A stretch of 55,062 nt of DNA, taken from the NCBI GenBank assembly GCA_031393885.1, contig JANMWG010000132.1, forward strand, positions 1 through 55,062. The letters run 5' to 3'. Positions within the stretch are counted from its first letter, which is position 1. Every line of letters begins with the position of its first letter. The translations under genes and the position numbers were made by a program. Positions 8,673 to 17,244 of this stretch are shown here, piece after piece. Source of the stretch: Betaproteobacteria bacterium (GTDB lineage: Bacteria > Pseudomonadota > Gammaproteobacteria > Burkholderiales > Ga0077523). The notes beneath the pieces were generated by a model. The model was not told the DNA's origin. It saw only the letters and a list, made by a program, of their open reading frames with translations, and made no database searches.

Positions 8673-10592
8673 ATGACCTTGTCCATCCTCCGCCGCGCCG
8701 TTGCCTTGCTCATGCTCTGCTTCGCCGGCATGACTTCCGTTCACGCGGCGGAAGGTGGCCAGGCGATCCTGCACCTGCTCGACTACGTCGCGGCCGAGTA
8801 TCCTCAGTGGGTGAAGAACGGAACGGTGCTCAACGAAAACGAGTATGCGGAGCAGGTCGAGTTCTCCGAGAACGCCAAGACCCTGATCGCGAAGCTCGAC
8901 CCGAACCCCGATCGCGAGCGGCTGGTACAGCGGGCACAGGCGCTGGCCGCAGCAGTGCGGGACAAGCAGGACGGCGCGCAGGTCACTTCCCTGGCCAATA
9001 GTCTCGAGACCGCGCTGATCGGCGCGTACAAACTCGAGGTCTCACCACGCAAGGTTCCGGACCCCGTGATCGCCCCGGCTCTGTATACCTCCCGCTGCGC
9101 ATCGTGCCATGGGGCCGAAGGACGCGGCGATGGCCCTGCCGCCGCCGCGCTCGATCCGAAACCGTCCAATTTCCGCGATGCCGCACGCCAGGGGCGCCGC
9201 AGCGTATACAGCCTCTACAGCACGATCACGCTCGGTGTGGATGGAACCGCGATGGCGGCGCACGCCGATCTGTCCGATGAGCAGCGTTGGGCCCTGGCCT
9301 TCAAGGTGAGCAACCTGTTGTTCGAACCGGCGCTGGTCGTGGCAGGATCGAAATATTGGACGCAGGGCAAGGGGGGCGATGTATTCCGGAGTCTTGCGGA
9401 CGTCGTGCTCGCGACGCCTGCCGACACGACGGCAAGGCATGGAGAAGTGGGCACCGCTGTCCTGGCCTACCTGCGCGCCAACCCGGGCGCGGTACAGGCG
9501 GCAGCCACACCCCTGGACTACGCGATACGCACGCTCGGCGACAGTCTGACCGCCTACCGCGAGGGCGATGGCAAGGGGGCCTACGAACTGGCTGTCAGCG
9601 CCTATCTCGAAGGGTTCGAACTGGTCGAGGGCAGCCTCGAAGGCATCGAACACGGTCTCAAGGCGCGGGTCGAAGAAAAGATGATCGGCTTTCGCAACAC
9701 CATCAAGACCGGCGGTCCGGTGACCACGCTGGAAGCGCAGCATCGCGAGCTGATCGGCATTCTTTCCGATGCGAAGTCCCGGCTCGCCGGTGGCGAAGTG
9801 TCACCGCAGGCGCAGTTCGTTTCGTCGCTCGTGATAATCCTGCGCGAAGGTCTGGAGGCCATCCTGGTGCTGGCTGGCATGGCGGCCTTCCTGAAGCGCA
9901 CGGGTCGGGAGGGTGGCCTTCGCTATCTCCATGGTGGCTGGATCGCGGCCCTGGTGCTGGGGTTGGTCACCTGGTGGATCGCGACCGCCCTCATCGAAGT
10001 GAGCGGCGCGCAACGCGAGGTCACCGAAGGGGTGACAGCGCTCATTGCCTCGGCAATGCTGCTCTACGTCGGTTTCTGGCTTCATTCCAGGGTGTCGGGG
10101 CAACGCTGGAATGCCTTCATCAAGAGCCAGGTGACCGGCGCGCTGGGCAAGGGCACCCTGTGGGGACTCACGGCGATCTCGTTCCTGGCGGTGTACCGCG
10201 AAGTGTTCGAGACGGTACTGTTCTATCAGGCACTGATCGCCCAGGGCGGGGCGCTCCCGGTACTGGCCGGATTCGGGATCGGTTGCGTACTGCTGGTCGG
10301 GCTGGCGGTGCTCATCATCCGCTATAGCGCCAAACTGCCGCTCGGCGTGTTCTTCGGCGTCAGTTCCGTGCTGCTGGCCGCAATGGCCGTGATCTTCGCC
10401 GGTCAGGGCGTGGCCGCGCTGCAGGCTGCGGGACGCCTGCCGGCCGATCCGGTCAATGGTCCGACCCTGCCGCTGCTGGGCATCTATCCCAACGTCCAGG
10501 GATTGGTGCTGCAACTGGTGCTGGTCGTGTTCATCGTGGCCGCATACCTCTACACCACCAAACCGCAGCCCAAGCCGCCCAAGCCCGCATAG
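8673..10592 (+). CDS. Cytochrome c / FTR1-family iron permease fusion
   Basis: Signal peptide MTLSILRRAVALLMLCFAGMTSVHA, haem site CASCHGAEGRGDG, then a polytopic C-half with two REXXE motifs (ILREGLEAI and VYREVFETV) typical of FTR1/EfeU. Confidence 0.85.
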   Translation: MTLSILRRAVALLMLCFAGMTSVHAAEGGQAILHLLDYVAAEYPQWVKNGTVLNENEYAEQVEFSENAKTLIAKLDPNPDRERLVQRAQALAAAVRDKQDGAQVTSLANSLETALIGAYKLEVSPRKVPDPVIAPALYTSRCASCHGAEGRGDGPAAAALDPKPSNFRDAARQGRRSVYSLYSTITLGVDGTAMAAHADLSDEQRWALAFKVSNLLFEPALVVAGSKYWTQGKGGDVFRSLADVVLATPADTTARHGEVGTAVLAYLRANPGAVQAAATPLDYAIRTLGDSLTAYREGDGKGAYELAVSAYLEGFELVEGSLEGIEHGLKARVEEKMIGFRNTIKTGGPVTTLEAQHRELIGILSDAKSRLAGGEVSPQAQFVSSLVIILREGLEAILVLAGMAAFLKRTGREGGLRYLHGGWIAALVLGLVTWWIATALIEVSGAQREVTEGVTALIASAMLLYVGFWLHSRVSGQRWNAFIKSQVTGALGKGTLWGLTAISFLAVYREVFETVLFYQALIAQGGALPVLAGFGIGCVLLVGLAVLIIRYSAKLPLGVFFGVSSVLLAAMAVIFAGQGVAALQAAGRLPADPVNGPTLPLLGIYPNVQGLVLQLVLVVFIVAAYLYTTKPQPKPPKPA

Positions 10593-10775
10593 CGCGCTGC
10601 CGGCCGGCCGGTACCAGACTGTCGCCGGCCACAGATCGGGAGTTTTTCCCGATCCCACGGCGCTTCTTCTCCGTCAGACTCCCTGGTCAAGGCGTGGCGA
10701 CACACGCCAGAGCCCCGATCCGATCGGGCTGCCTGCTGGCATCGCCGCTGCCAGCCACCTTCAGGGAGAGAATCG

Positions 10776-13037
10776 ATGCATTGGATACAAACGTGGCGTA
10801 GCGCGCCGTTGATCGTTGTCGGGCTGGCACCGTTCTGCGCCCACGCCGACAACCCCGCCGCAGCGCTGGAGGCCCCGCAAGTCGAAGTCATCGGCACCAC
10901 CCCCCTGCCGGTGCTTGCCACTCCGCTTCGCAACGTCCCGTCCAACATCCAGTCGGTCACCGACAGGGATCTCGAAAAACGCCGCGCCGGCGACATCACC
11001 GAGTTCATGGAAACCAACCTCGGCTCGGTGAACCTCAACCAGGCCCAGGCCAATCCGTTCCAACCGGACGTCAATTTTCGCGGCCTGACCGCATCGCACC
11101 TGCTGGGACTGCCGCAGGGGTTGTCGGTGTTCTACGACGGCGTCCGCGTGAACGAGGCATTCGGCGATACCGTGAACTGGGATCTCATTCCGCAATCGGC
11201 GATCGCCAACATGACGCTGGTGCCAGGATCGAACCCGGTCTACGGACTCAATACGCTGGGCGGAGCGCTCGCGATTCAGACCAAGTCGGGTTTCACCTAC
11301 CCCGGCGTGTCGGCAAGCGTCTACGGTGGTTCGTTCGGTCGACAATCGGCGACGATCGAAGCCGGTGGCCACGGCGAGCGCATCGACTACTTCGTGACCG
11401 GCAACTATCTCGAGGAGAACGGTTGGCGTCAGTTCTCGCCGAGCCGGGTCGCGAACGTGTTCGGCAAAGTCGGCTATCAGAACGACCGTACCGACTTCGA
11501 TCTGTCATACACCGGCGCCAACAACTCGCTCCAGGGGACCCAGGCATTGCCGCTGTCGATGTTCGGTGATCGCACCCAGCCCTACACCTGGCCGGACAGC
11601 ACCGCCAACACACTCAATTTTCTCAACGCCAAGGGGAGTCACTTCTTCAACGACACGACGCTGCTAGCCGCCAACCTCTACTACCGCCAACTGGATCAGG
11701 ACACGTTCGCGAGCAACGTCAACGACAACTGCGCCGGCGGGTGCCCCCCGGGAGCGTTCCCGGCATCCAACGATTCCTCGACGATCCGCCAGAAGGGAAC
11801 AGGCAGCAGCGTGCAGTTGTCGCTGCTCGATGACCTGTTCGGCAAAGGCAACCAGTTCACCGTCGGCGCCACTGCCGATCTGGGCGACACCCGCTACCGC
11901 CAGTTCAACCAGGAAGCGGTGTTCACGCCAAGCCGCGGAACAGCCGGCGTCTCCCCTTTCGTGCTCGACACCGATGTGAAGACGACCAATCACTATTACG
12001 GCGTTTTCGTGACCGACACGCTCACCCTCAACCCGAAATGGTCGATGACAGCGTCCGGACGCTACAACGTCGCGCAGGTGAAGATCACCGACCAGTCCGG
12101 CACCAATCCAGCCCTGAATGGCGACCACAAATTCATCCGCTTCAATCCGGCTCTGGGATTCACCTACAACCCGACAGCAACGGCCACGACCTACGCCAAC
12201 TACAGCGAAGGCATGCGGGCGCCGACACCGGTGGAACTCACCTGCGCGGATCCCGCCGCGCCCTGTCGCCTGCCGAATGCCTTTCTGGCCGACCCACCGC
12301 TCAAGCCGGTGGTGAGCCGCACCTACGAGGTGGGGGCTCGCGGCAAGCTCCTGGGGTGGCTGGGCTGGAACGCCGCATTGTTTCGCACCGATCTGCGCGA
12401 CGACATCCAGTTCATTTCGACCCAGGGCGCGACCCTCAACTCAGGCTATTTCCAGAACGTCGGCGACACCCGCAGGCAGGGGGTGGAACTCGGGGCACGG
12501 GCACAACGCGGTGCTCTCACGCTTACCGCCAACTACACCTATCTGCGGGCCACGTTCGAAAGCGGTTTCCTGCTGAACAGCCCCAACAATTCATCGCGCG
12601 ACGCCAACGGCGACATCCGGGTGGCGCCAGGCAACCGCATCCCGGGCATGCCGGCGCATCTGCTCAAGCTACGCGCCGACTACGCGTTCTCCGAAGGATT
12701 CATCGTCGGCGGCAACGCGCTGCTCTCCACCGATCAGTTTGCCCGTGGCGACGAAAACAACCAGGACCAGACCGGCAAGGTTCCGGGATACGCCGTCGTC
12801 AATCTCGATGCGCGGTACCAGATCACGCCGCAGATTCAGGTATTCGGACGACTGCTCAACTTGTTCGACCGAAAGTACGAAACCTTCGGCATCCTCGGAT
12901 CGAATTTCTTTCAGGGCGGAGCATTCAACCCGGTGAACGCTGGACCGGAGCAGTTCCGGGCGGTTTCGGCGCCGCGTGCGTTCTATGTCGGCGTGCGCTA
13001 CGACTTCACCAAGCCTACCGCCTCCGGAGCGCAGTGA
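10776..13037 (+). CDS. TonB-dependent outer-membrane receptor
   Basis: 753 aa with a signal peptide, plug region (VEVIGTTPLP...NLGSVNLNQAQANPFQPDVNFRGL) and a barrel ending ...AFYVGVRYDF, followed by an atypical 9-aa tail TKPTASGAQ. Confidence 0.9.
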   Translation: MHWIQTWRSAPLIVVGLAPFCAHADNPAAALEAPQVEVIGTTPLPVLATPLRNVPSNIQSVTDRDLEKRRAGDITEFMETNLGSVNLNQAQANPFQPDVNFRGLTASHLLGLPQGLSVFYDGVRVNEAFGDTVNWDLIPQSAIANMTLVPGSNPVYGLNTLGGALAIQTKSGFTYPGVSASVYGGSFGRQSATIEAGGHGERIDYFVTGNYLEENGWRQFSPSRVANVFGKVGYQNDRTDFDLSYTGANNSLQGTQALPLSMFGDRTQPYTWPDSTANTLNFLNAKGSHFFNDTTLLAANLYYRQLDQDTFASNVNDNCAGGCPPGAFPASNDSSTIRQKGTGSSVQLSLLDDLFGKGNQFTVGATADLGDTRYRQFNQEAVFTPSRGTAGVSPFVLDTDVKTTNHYYGVFVTDTLTLNPKWSMTASGRYNVAQVKITDQSGTNPALNGDHKFIRFNPALGFTYNPTATATTYANYSEGMRAPTPVELTCADPAAPCRLPNAFLADPPLKPVVSRTYEVGARGKLLGWLGWNAALFRTDLRDDIQFISTQGATLNSGYFQNVGDTRRQGVELGARAQRGALTLTANYTYLRATFESGFLLNSPNNSSRDANGDIRVAPGNRIPGMPAHLLKLRADYAFSEGFIVGGNALLSTDQFARGDENNQDQTGKVPGYAVVNLDARYQITPQIQVFGRLLNLFDRKYETFGILGSNFFQGGAFNPVNAGPEQFRAVSAPRAFYVGVRYDFTKPTASGAQ

Positions 13038-13075
13038 GGCACGCAAGGAATTAACAAGATCGGAGCCCCAGACGC

Positions 13076-13103
13076 AAAAAAGCTGCGTTTCCGCAGCTTT
13101 TTT
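13076..13103. terminator. Bidirectional rho-independent terminator (TBDR and orphan pqqA converge on it)
   Basis: aaaaaagctgcg-tttc-cgcagctttttt has a 7-bp stem flanked by an A-tract and a T-tract, so it is usable on both strands. Confidence 0.8.
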
Positions 13104-13123
13104 GGTACTACCGAAAACCGGGA

Positions 13124-13195
13124 TTAGCGGTTTGCGATGTACATCGTGACTTCAAAGCCAAAACGCATTTCGGTATAGGCGGGCTTGGTCCACAT
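13124..13195 (-). CDS. pqqA: PQQ precursor peptide PqqA, second (orphan) copy
   Basis: The reverse complement reads ATG TGG ACC AAG CCC GCC TAT ACC GAA ATG CGT TTT GGC TTT GAA GTC ACG ATG TAC ATC GCA AAC CGC TAA, giving [23 protein letters not shown]. This is identical in protein sequence to the pqqA at 19067. AGGAG lies 7 nt upstream. Not in the ORF track because it is too short. Confidence 0.85.
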   Translation of the reverse strand: MWTKPAYTEMRFGFEVTMYIANR

Positions 13196-13379
13196 GGTGA
13201 GGCTCCTTGATGGGTTGATGAATCAAAACAACTCAAAACCACTGCTCGTGTTGCGGTACCGGAAGATACCCACCGCGTTTGCGGCTTGAACCCATTATCC
13301 GGATCCACACGCAGCGGACCATGGCAAAACGCTGAAAGCCTGGTCAGGATTTTCATTAGATTCCTCCGCCGCGTCGCAA

Positions 13380-13389
13380 CATGAATATC
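13380..13389 (-). promoter_or_regulatory. GATATTCATG motif about 190 nt upstream of orphan pqqA (shared with pqqA1)
   Basis: The same 10-mer occurs at 18875-18884, at nearly the same distance from the other pqqA start (-194 versus -192). Confidence 0.3.
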
Positions 13390-13416
13390 CTCTCGGGGTA
13401 GCAACCGAAGAGGCGC

Positions 13417-13772
13417 TCAGAAGCGGAGCGATGCCGAACGAAAGGAGCAGCTAAAAGCGAAGGGGCAGCGCCTACTGAACGAAGGGCACCTCTGAAGCGA
13501 AGGAGCCGCGCCCACAGGGTCCCTCAGGGACGGGGCGCCCCTCAAGGGAGAAGGCGGATCACAGCGATGCTGAACGAAGGGCGTCTCTGAAGCGAAGGGG
13601 CAGCGCCCACAGGGCCTCCCGAGGACGCTGCGCCCCCGGGGGGAAGGCGTAGCGCAGCCTGGGGGTGTGCCGAACGAAGGGAACCTCTGAAGCGAAGGGG
13701 CAGCGCCCACAGGCCCCCCCGAGGACGCTGCGCCCCCTCGAGGGGGAAGGCGTAGCGCAGCCTGGGGGTGGT
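13417..13772. repeat. REP-like repeat array, family R1, about 3.5 tandem units
   Basis: The unit gaacgaaggg..cctctgaagcgaaggggcagcgcccacagg..cccgaggacgctgcgccccctcgagggggaaggcgtagcgcagcctgggggtg is repeated head-to-tail. Each unit has the central palindrome CCCCCTCGAGGGGG. Confidence 0.9.
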
Positions 13773-13778
13773 CCACAC

Positions 13779-14426
13779 TCACGGCTCCATCAGTTTGTAC
13801 CGCATGGCGATGATCGCCAGTTCGGCGGAGTTCGAGGCGCCGAGCTTCTGCTTGATGTTGTACAGATGGGTTCCGATGGTTCGCGGGCTAAGCGACATCA
13901 CGTCCGCGATGTCGACCACCGACTGGCCACGGGCCAGCGCCAGGAACACCTTGAATTCCTTCTCCGACAGCATGTCGACCGGATTGCGTTCGCCGGTGAG
14001 CTGCTGGAGGGCCAGTTCATGTGCGATCGCGGGTTCGAGAAAGGTACGGCCCTGTTGGACCTGCCGGATCGCCTGGATCAATGCTTCGGCGGCGCTGCGC
14101 TTGGACAGGTACCCGAGGGCACCGGCCTTGAGCACCCGCCGCGCATGCATGGCGTCTTCATGCGCGGTCAGCACCAGCACTTTCATGTTCGGCGCGCGCG
14201 CCAGGATCCGCGACAAGGCCTCGAGCCCACCGATGCCCGGCATGGACAAATCGAGCACCAGGACATCGGGCTTGACCTCGGGCACCCGCCGGACCGCTTC
14301 CTCGCCGCTCTCGGCTTCCGCCACCACTTTGATATCGGCCGAAGCTTCCAGCAGCAGCCGGAAACCCATCCGCACCACGGCGTGATCGTCAGCCAGCATC
14401 ACGCGAATTTCAGCTCCCGGATTCAT
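13779..14426 (-). CDS. Response regulator, NarL/LuxR (FixJ) family
   Basis: Receiver domain (RVMLADDHAVVRMG...DVLVLDLSMPG) plus a C-terminal LuxR HTH (LSEKEFKVFLALARGQSVVDIADVMSLSPRTIGTHLYNIKQKLG). Confidence 0.9.
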   Translation of the reverse strand: MNPGAEIRVMLADDHAVVRMGFRLLLEASADIKVVAEAESGEEAVRRVPEVKPDVLVLDLSMPGIGGLEALSRILARAPNMKVLVLTAHEDAMHARRVLKAGALGYLSKRSAAEALIQAIRQVQQGRTFLEPAIAHELALQQLTGERNPVDMLSEKEFKVFLALARGQSVVDIADVMSLSPRTIGTHLYNIKQKLGASNSAELAIIAMRYKLMEP

Positions 14427-16189
14427 GCGCCCTGCTCCTGATCCAGCGATGCGGTTGCGCCATCTGCGCCCGCTTGCTCACCCAGCGGAATGCGCACCTT
14501 CACCGCGAGGCCGCCGCCGGGCACGGTATCGAGCGCGAACTCACCCTTCAGGGCTTCGACCCGCTCGCGCATGCCCATGATGCCGAAGCGCACCGAATCG
14601 GTACCGTCGCGCTCGGTGAGCCCACGTCCGTTGTCGCGCACCAGAACATCGAGGCAGCCTGTCTCTTGTCGGATCACGGAAATCTCGATCTGTGTTGCAT
14701 GGGCATGCTTGACCACATTGGTGAGGCACTCCTGGACGATGCGAAAGACGGTGATATTGACACGCTCGCCGAGTTCGTCGAGGTGACCCTCGAGATGCAC
14801 GCGGCAGGCGATCTCGGGATGCCGCTGCCCCCAGCTGCCGATGGCATCCTCGAGCGCTTCGCGCAGGCCGAGATGATCGAGCGCGCTGGGCCGCAACTGA
14901 CGGATGATGCCGTGAACCGAGTCGTACATGTGACTGGCGACCGACACGATGGTCTCGGCGCTGCGGTGGATGTCGCCACCGGAAGCCGCGGTTTTCTGCA
15001 CGATGACGGCGCCGATGGTCTTGATCGCGGTCACGCATTGGCCGAGTTCATCGTGCAACTCGCGGGCGATGGCGCGACGCTCCTCCTCCAGCCGGACCTG
15101 CGTGAGCTGGGTGAGTTTGCGATTCTGGGCAAGCTGCAGCTCGGCCTCGCGGGCACGCTTGGTTTCGGTGATGTCACGCATCGACAGGATCTCGCCGATC
15201 ACCTGATCAGTCACCGGATCGACCAGCGGCGACGCCGACAACGCGACCTCGACCAGCCGCCGGTCGCGCGTGAATCGCTGGGTCTCGACATGATCGATGC
15301 TACCGCGCTCCCGCACCAGCCGCGACCAGCCCTCCTGCTCGGCCGCGCGTTCCGGCGGCACCGTGAGGCTTGCCGGGTGGCCCACGATCTGCGAAACGTT
15401 CCAGCCGAACAGACGCTCGGCAGCCGGATTCCAGTACGTGATCAGGCCGTCCGGATCGACGATCACGATCGCATCGCCGGACTGCTCGGCGATGAGCGCC
15501 AGCCGCCGGTTCTCCGCATGCGATTGTTCCAGCTCAACGGCCATGCCGTTGAAGGTATGGCTGATGGCATCGAACTCGGGCAAGGCGAAGCCGGGAAGGC
15601 GGGCGTGGTATTCGCCGCGCTCCATGCGTTTCAACCCTTCCAGTACGATGCTCACCGGCCGCAGCGAGCGCCCGGTCAGGAAGAACACCAGAACGTTGAC
15701 GACCGCCAGGAACGCGACGATCACCACCAACACGCGCTTGGCATCTTCCCAGGCGTCCAGCACGGAGCGCGACGAATCGGTGGTCACCGTGACATTGCCA
15801 CCCTCCACCGCCAGATTCATCACCGGCAGCTCGGGCGCCACGAGCTTCGAGAACCATGGCGGCGCCGACACGCCGACCTTGTAGAGCGATGGCGGCGACG
15901 CATAGATCAGCTTGTCGTCGTGATCGAACAACCGGATGTCGTGCGCGCGCACCCGTCCGATCTCGCGCAACAAGCTGCGCAGGACGGCGTTGCCGTCCTC
16001 GCCGTCGCGCGCGATGAGCCGCGAGTCGTTGATGACCGCCGCCAGGAGCTGCAAGGTGATGCGATTGGCGCCCTCCATCTCCTCGCGGATGGAACGCCGC
16101 GTGTCGCCCAGTGCAAGCTGCAGCACCGCGAGCGTGAACACGCTGGTCAGGACCGTGATCAGCAGATTGATGCGAAACCGCAGGCTCAT
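14423..16189 (-). CDS. Sensor histidine kinase (two TM segments, HAMP, PAS, HisKA_3, HATPase)
   Basis: MSLRFRINLLITVLTSVFTLAVL is TM1, a second TM is VLVVIVAFLAVVNVLVFFL, PAS is IVIVDPDGLITYWNPAAERLFGW, the H-box is ARELHDELGQ and the ATPase motifs are VRDNGRGL / GIMGMRERV. The start ATG at 16189 overlaps the pip stop (ATGA), and the 3' end overlaps the RR start by 4 nt. Confidence 0.88.
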   Translation of the reverse strand: MSLRFRINLLITVLTSVFTLAVLQLALGDTRRSIREEMEGANRITLQLLAAVINDSRLIARDGEDGNAVLRSLLREIGRVRAHDIRLFDHDDKLIYASPPSLYKVGVSAPPWFSKLVAPELPVMNLAVEGGNVTVTTDSSRSVLDAWEDAKRVLVVIVAFLAVVNVLVFFLTGRSLRPVSIVLEGLKRMERGEYHARLPGFALPEFDAISHTFNGMAVELEQSHAENRRLALIAEQSGDAIVIVDPDGLITYWNPAAERLFGWNVSQIVGHPASLTVPPERAAEQEGWSRLVRERGSIDHVETQRFTRDRRLVEVALSASPLVDPVTDQVIGEILSMRDITETKRAREAELQLAQNRKLTQLTQVRLEEERRAIARELHDELGQCVTAIKTIGAVIVQKTAASGGDIHRSAETIVSVASHMYDSVHGIIRQLRPSALDHLGLREALEDAIGSWGQRHPEIACRVHLEGHLDELGERVNITVFRIVQECLTNVVKHAHATQIEISVIRQETGCLDVLVRDNGRGLTERDGTDSVRFGIMGMRERVEALKGEFALDTVPGGGLAVKVRIPLGEQAGADGATASLDQEQGA

Positions 16190-17166
16190 GCGAGCAGGGC
16201 AACCGTGCCGCGCGACACCAGTTGGTCGCGCAGGGAGTCGGCTGCCGCAACCAGGGCCGATTCGAGGTGGGGATGCGATGCCGCATGCTTGGCCGCGGCG
16301 ATCATCGACAACCGTGCCGAAGGCCAACGCCGGGCGACTTCGAACGCGGTGACCGGCGGACACACGAAATCCATGGCGCCTTGCAACAGGATGCCCGGCA
16401 GATGCGCGATCCGCGCCACGCCATCGAGCAATTCACCCGGCCGGAAAAAGCAGTCGTGCGTCAGATAGTGGACCTGCACCCGAGCACGGGCGAGCCCGGC
16501 ATCGTCGGCGACCGCGACCGTGGGCGATCCGGCAACGGGGGCTTCACCGATCGACATCACCACCGACTCGAAGGCGTTCCAGCGCGCCGCGGCCTGCACC
16601 TGGACAGTCGGATCGGGGTGGCGCAGGGCGGCGTCGTATGCCCGCACCAGTTGCGGCCAGGGAACGCCGGGCGTGGTTGCATACAACGCCTCCCGCGCAG
16701 CCGGTACGAACTGACGCAATCCATCGAAGTACCAGTCGAGTTCGCCGTGCGACGCGAGGAAGATCCCGCGCAGGATGAGATGGGTGACCCGATCAGGGTA
16801 GGTCTGGGCGTAGGCAAGCGCGAGGGTACTGCCCCACGATCCGCCGAACAGGACCCAGCGATCGACTCCCAGCAGCAGCCGCAATTGTTCGATATCGCCG
16901 ATCAGGTGGGCCGTGGTGTTGTTCGCCGTGCCCCCGGCGGGCGTGCTGCGCCCGCAACCGCGCTGGTCGAACAGCACGATACGGTAGAAGGCCGGGTCGA
17001 AGTAGCGACGGTGATCGGGCTTGGTGGAGCTGCCGGGGCCACCATGGAGAAACAGCACGGGGCGCCCCGCCGGATTGCCGCTCACCTCGAAGTAGATCCG
17101 GTGGCCACCGGTGGCGTCGAAGTGGCCGCTTCGATGCGGGTCTATCGCCGGGTAGAGGGCGCTCAT
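16186..17166 (-). CDS. pip: Prolyl aminopeptidase (proline iminopeptidase, alpha/beta hydrolase)
   Basis: MSALYPAIDPHRSGHFDATGGHRIYFEVSGNPAGRPVLFLHGGPGS...LFGGSWGSTLALAYAQTYP is the classic Pip signature with the GxSxG nucleophile. Confidence 0.9.
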   Translation of the reverse strand: MSALYPAIDPHRSGHFDATGGHRIYFEVSGNPAGRPVLFLHGGPGSSTKPDHRRYFDPAFYRIVLFDQRGCGRSTPAGGTANNTTAHLIGDIEQLRLLLGVDRWVLFGGSWGSTLALAYAQTYPDRVTHLILRGIFLASHGELDWYFDGLRQFVPAAREALYATTPGVPWPQLVRAYDAALRHPDPTVQVQAAARWNAFESVVMSIGEAPVAGSPTVAVADDAGLARARVQVHYLTHDCFFRPGELLDGVARIAHLPGILLQGAMDFVCPPVTAFEVARRWPSARLSMIAAAKHAASHPHLESALVAAADSLRDQLVSRGTVALLA

Positions 17167-17244
17167 GGATCCACCAGAGGCAATCCAAGCCAGGCAACTG
17201 CGTGATCGAAGCATCCCGATGGTTTCATGTGCGACAAGCCAGAT

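Noticed and set aside
10593-10775. Riboswitch (for example cobalamin) in the 183-nt leader of the second TonB-dependent receptor
   Set aside because: Several short hairpins are present (gatcggg/cccgatc, ggcgtg/cacgcc, cccgat/atcggg, ctggca/tgccag). I see no B12-box-like GCCACTG core or other recognisable riboswitch signature, so this cannot be supported without a covariance-model search.
13108-13404. 98-aa minus-strand ORF (internal MKILTRLSAF... preceded by GGAGG) overlapping the orphan pqqA
   Set aside because: It has AT-rich third codon positions unlike every real gene here, overlaps pqqA out of frame, and shows no motif. I treat the region as the pqqA leader.
13417-13772. Possible CRISPR array
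   Set aside because: The units are about 100 bp and directly abutting with no unique spacers. Copies are scattered singly elsewhere, and no cas genes are present.
13417-13782. ORFs encoding PQAALRLPPRGG / GAAPSLQR-type peptides (also at 24676-24897, 25787-25969, 31743-31983 and 54781-55032)
   Set aside because: They lie wholly inside REP-like repeats, and the same peptide strings recur wherever the repeat recurs, on either strand. They are not genes.
14474-16468. 664-aa ORF on the plus strand
   Set aside because: Antisense shadow of the histidine kinase and pip genes, with no domain-like sequence.
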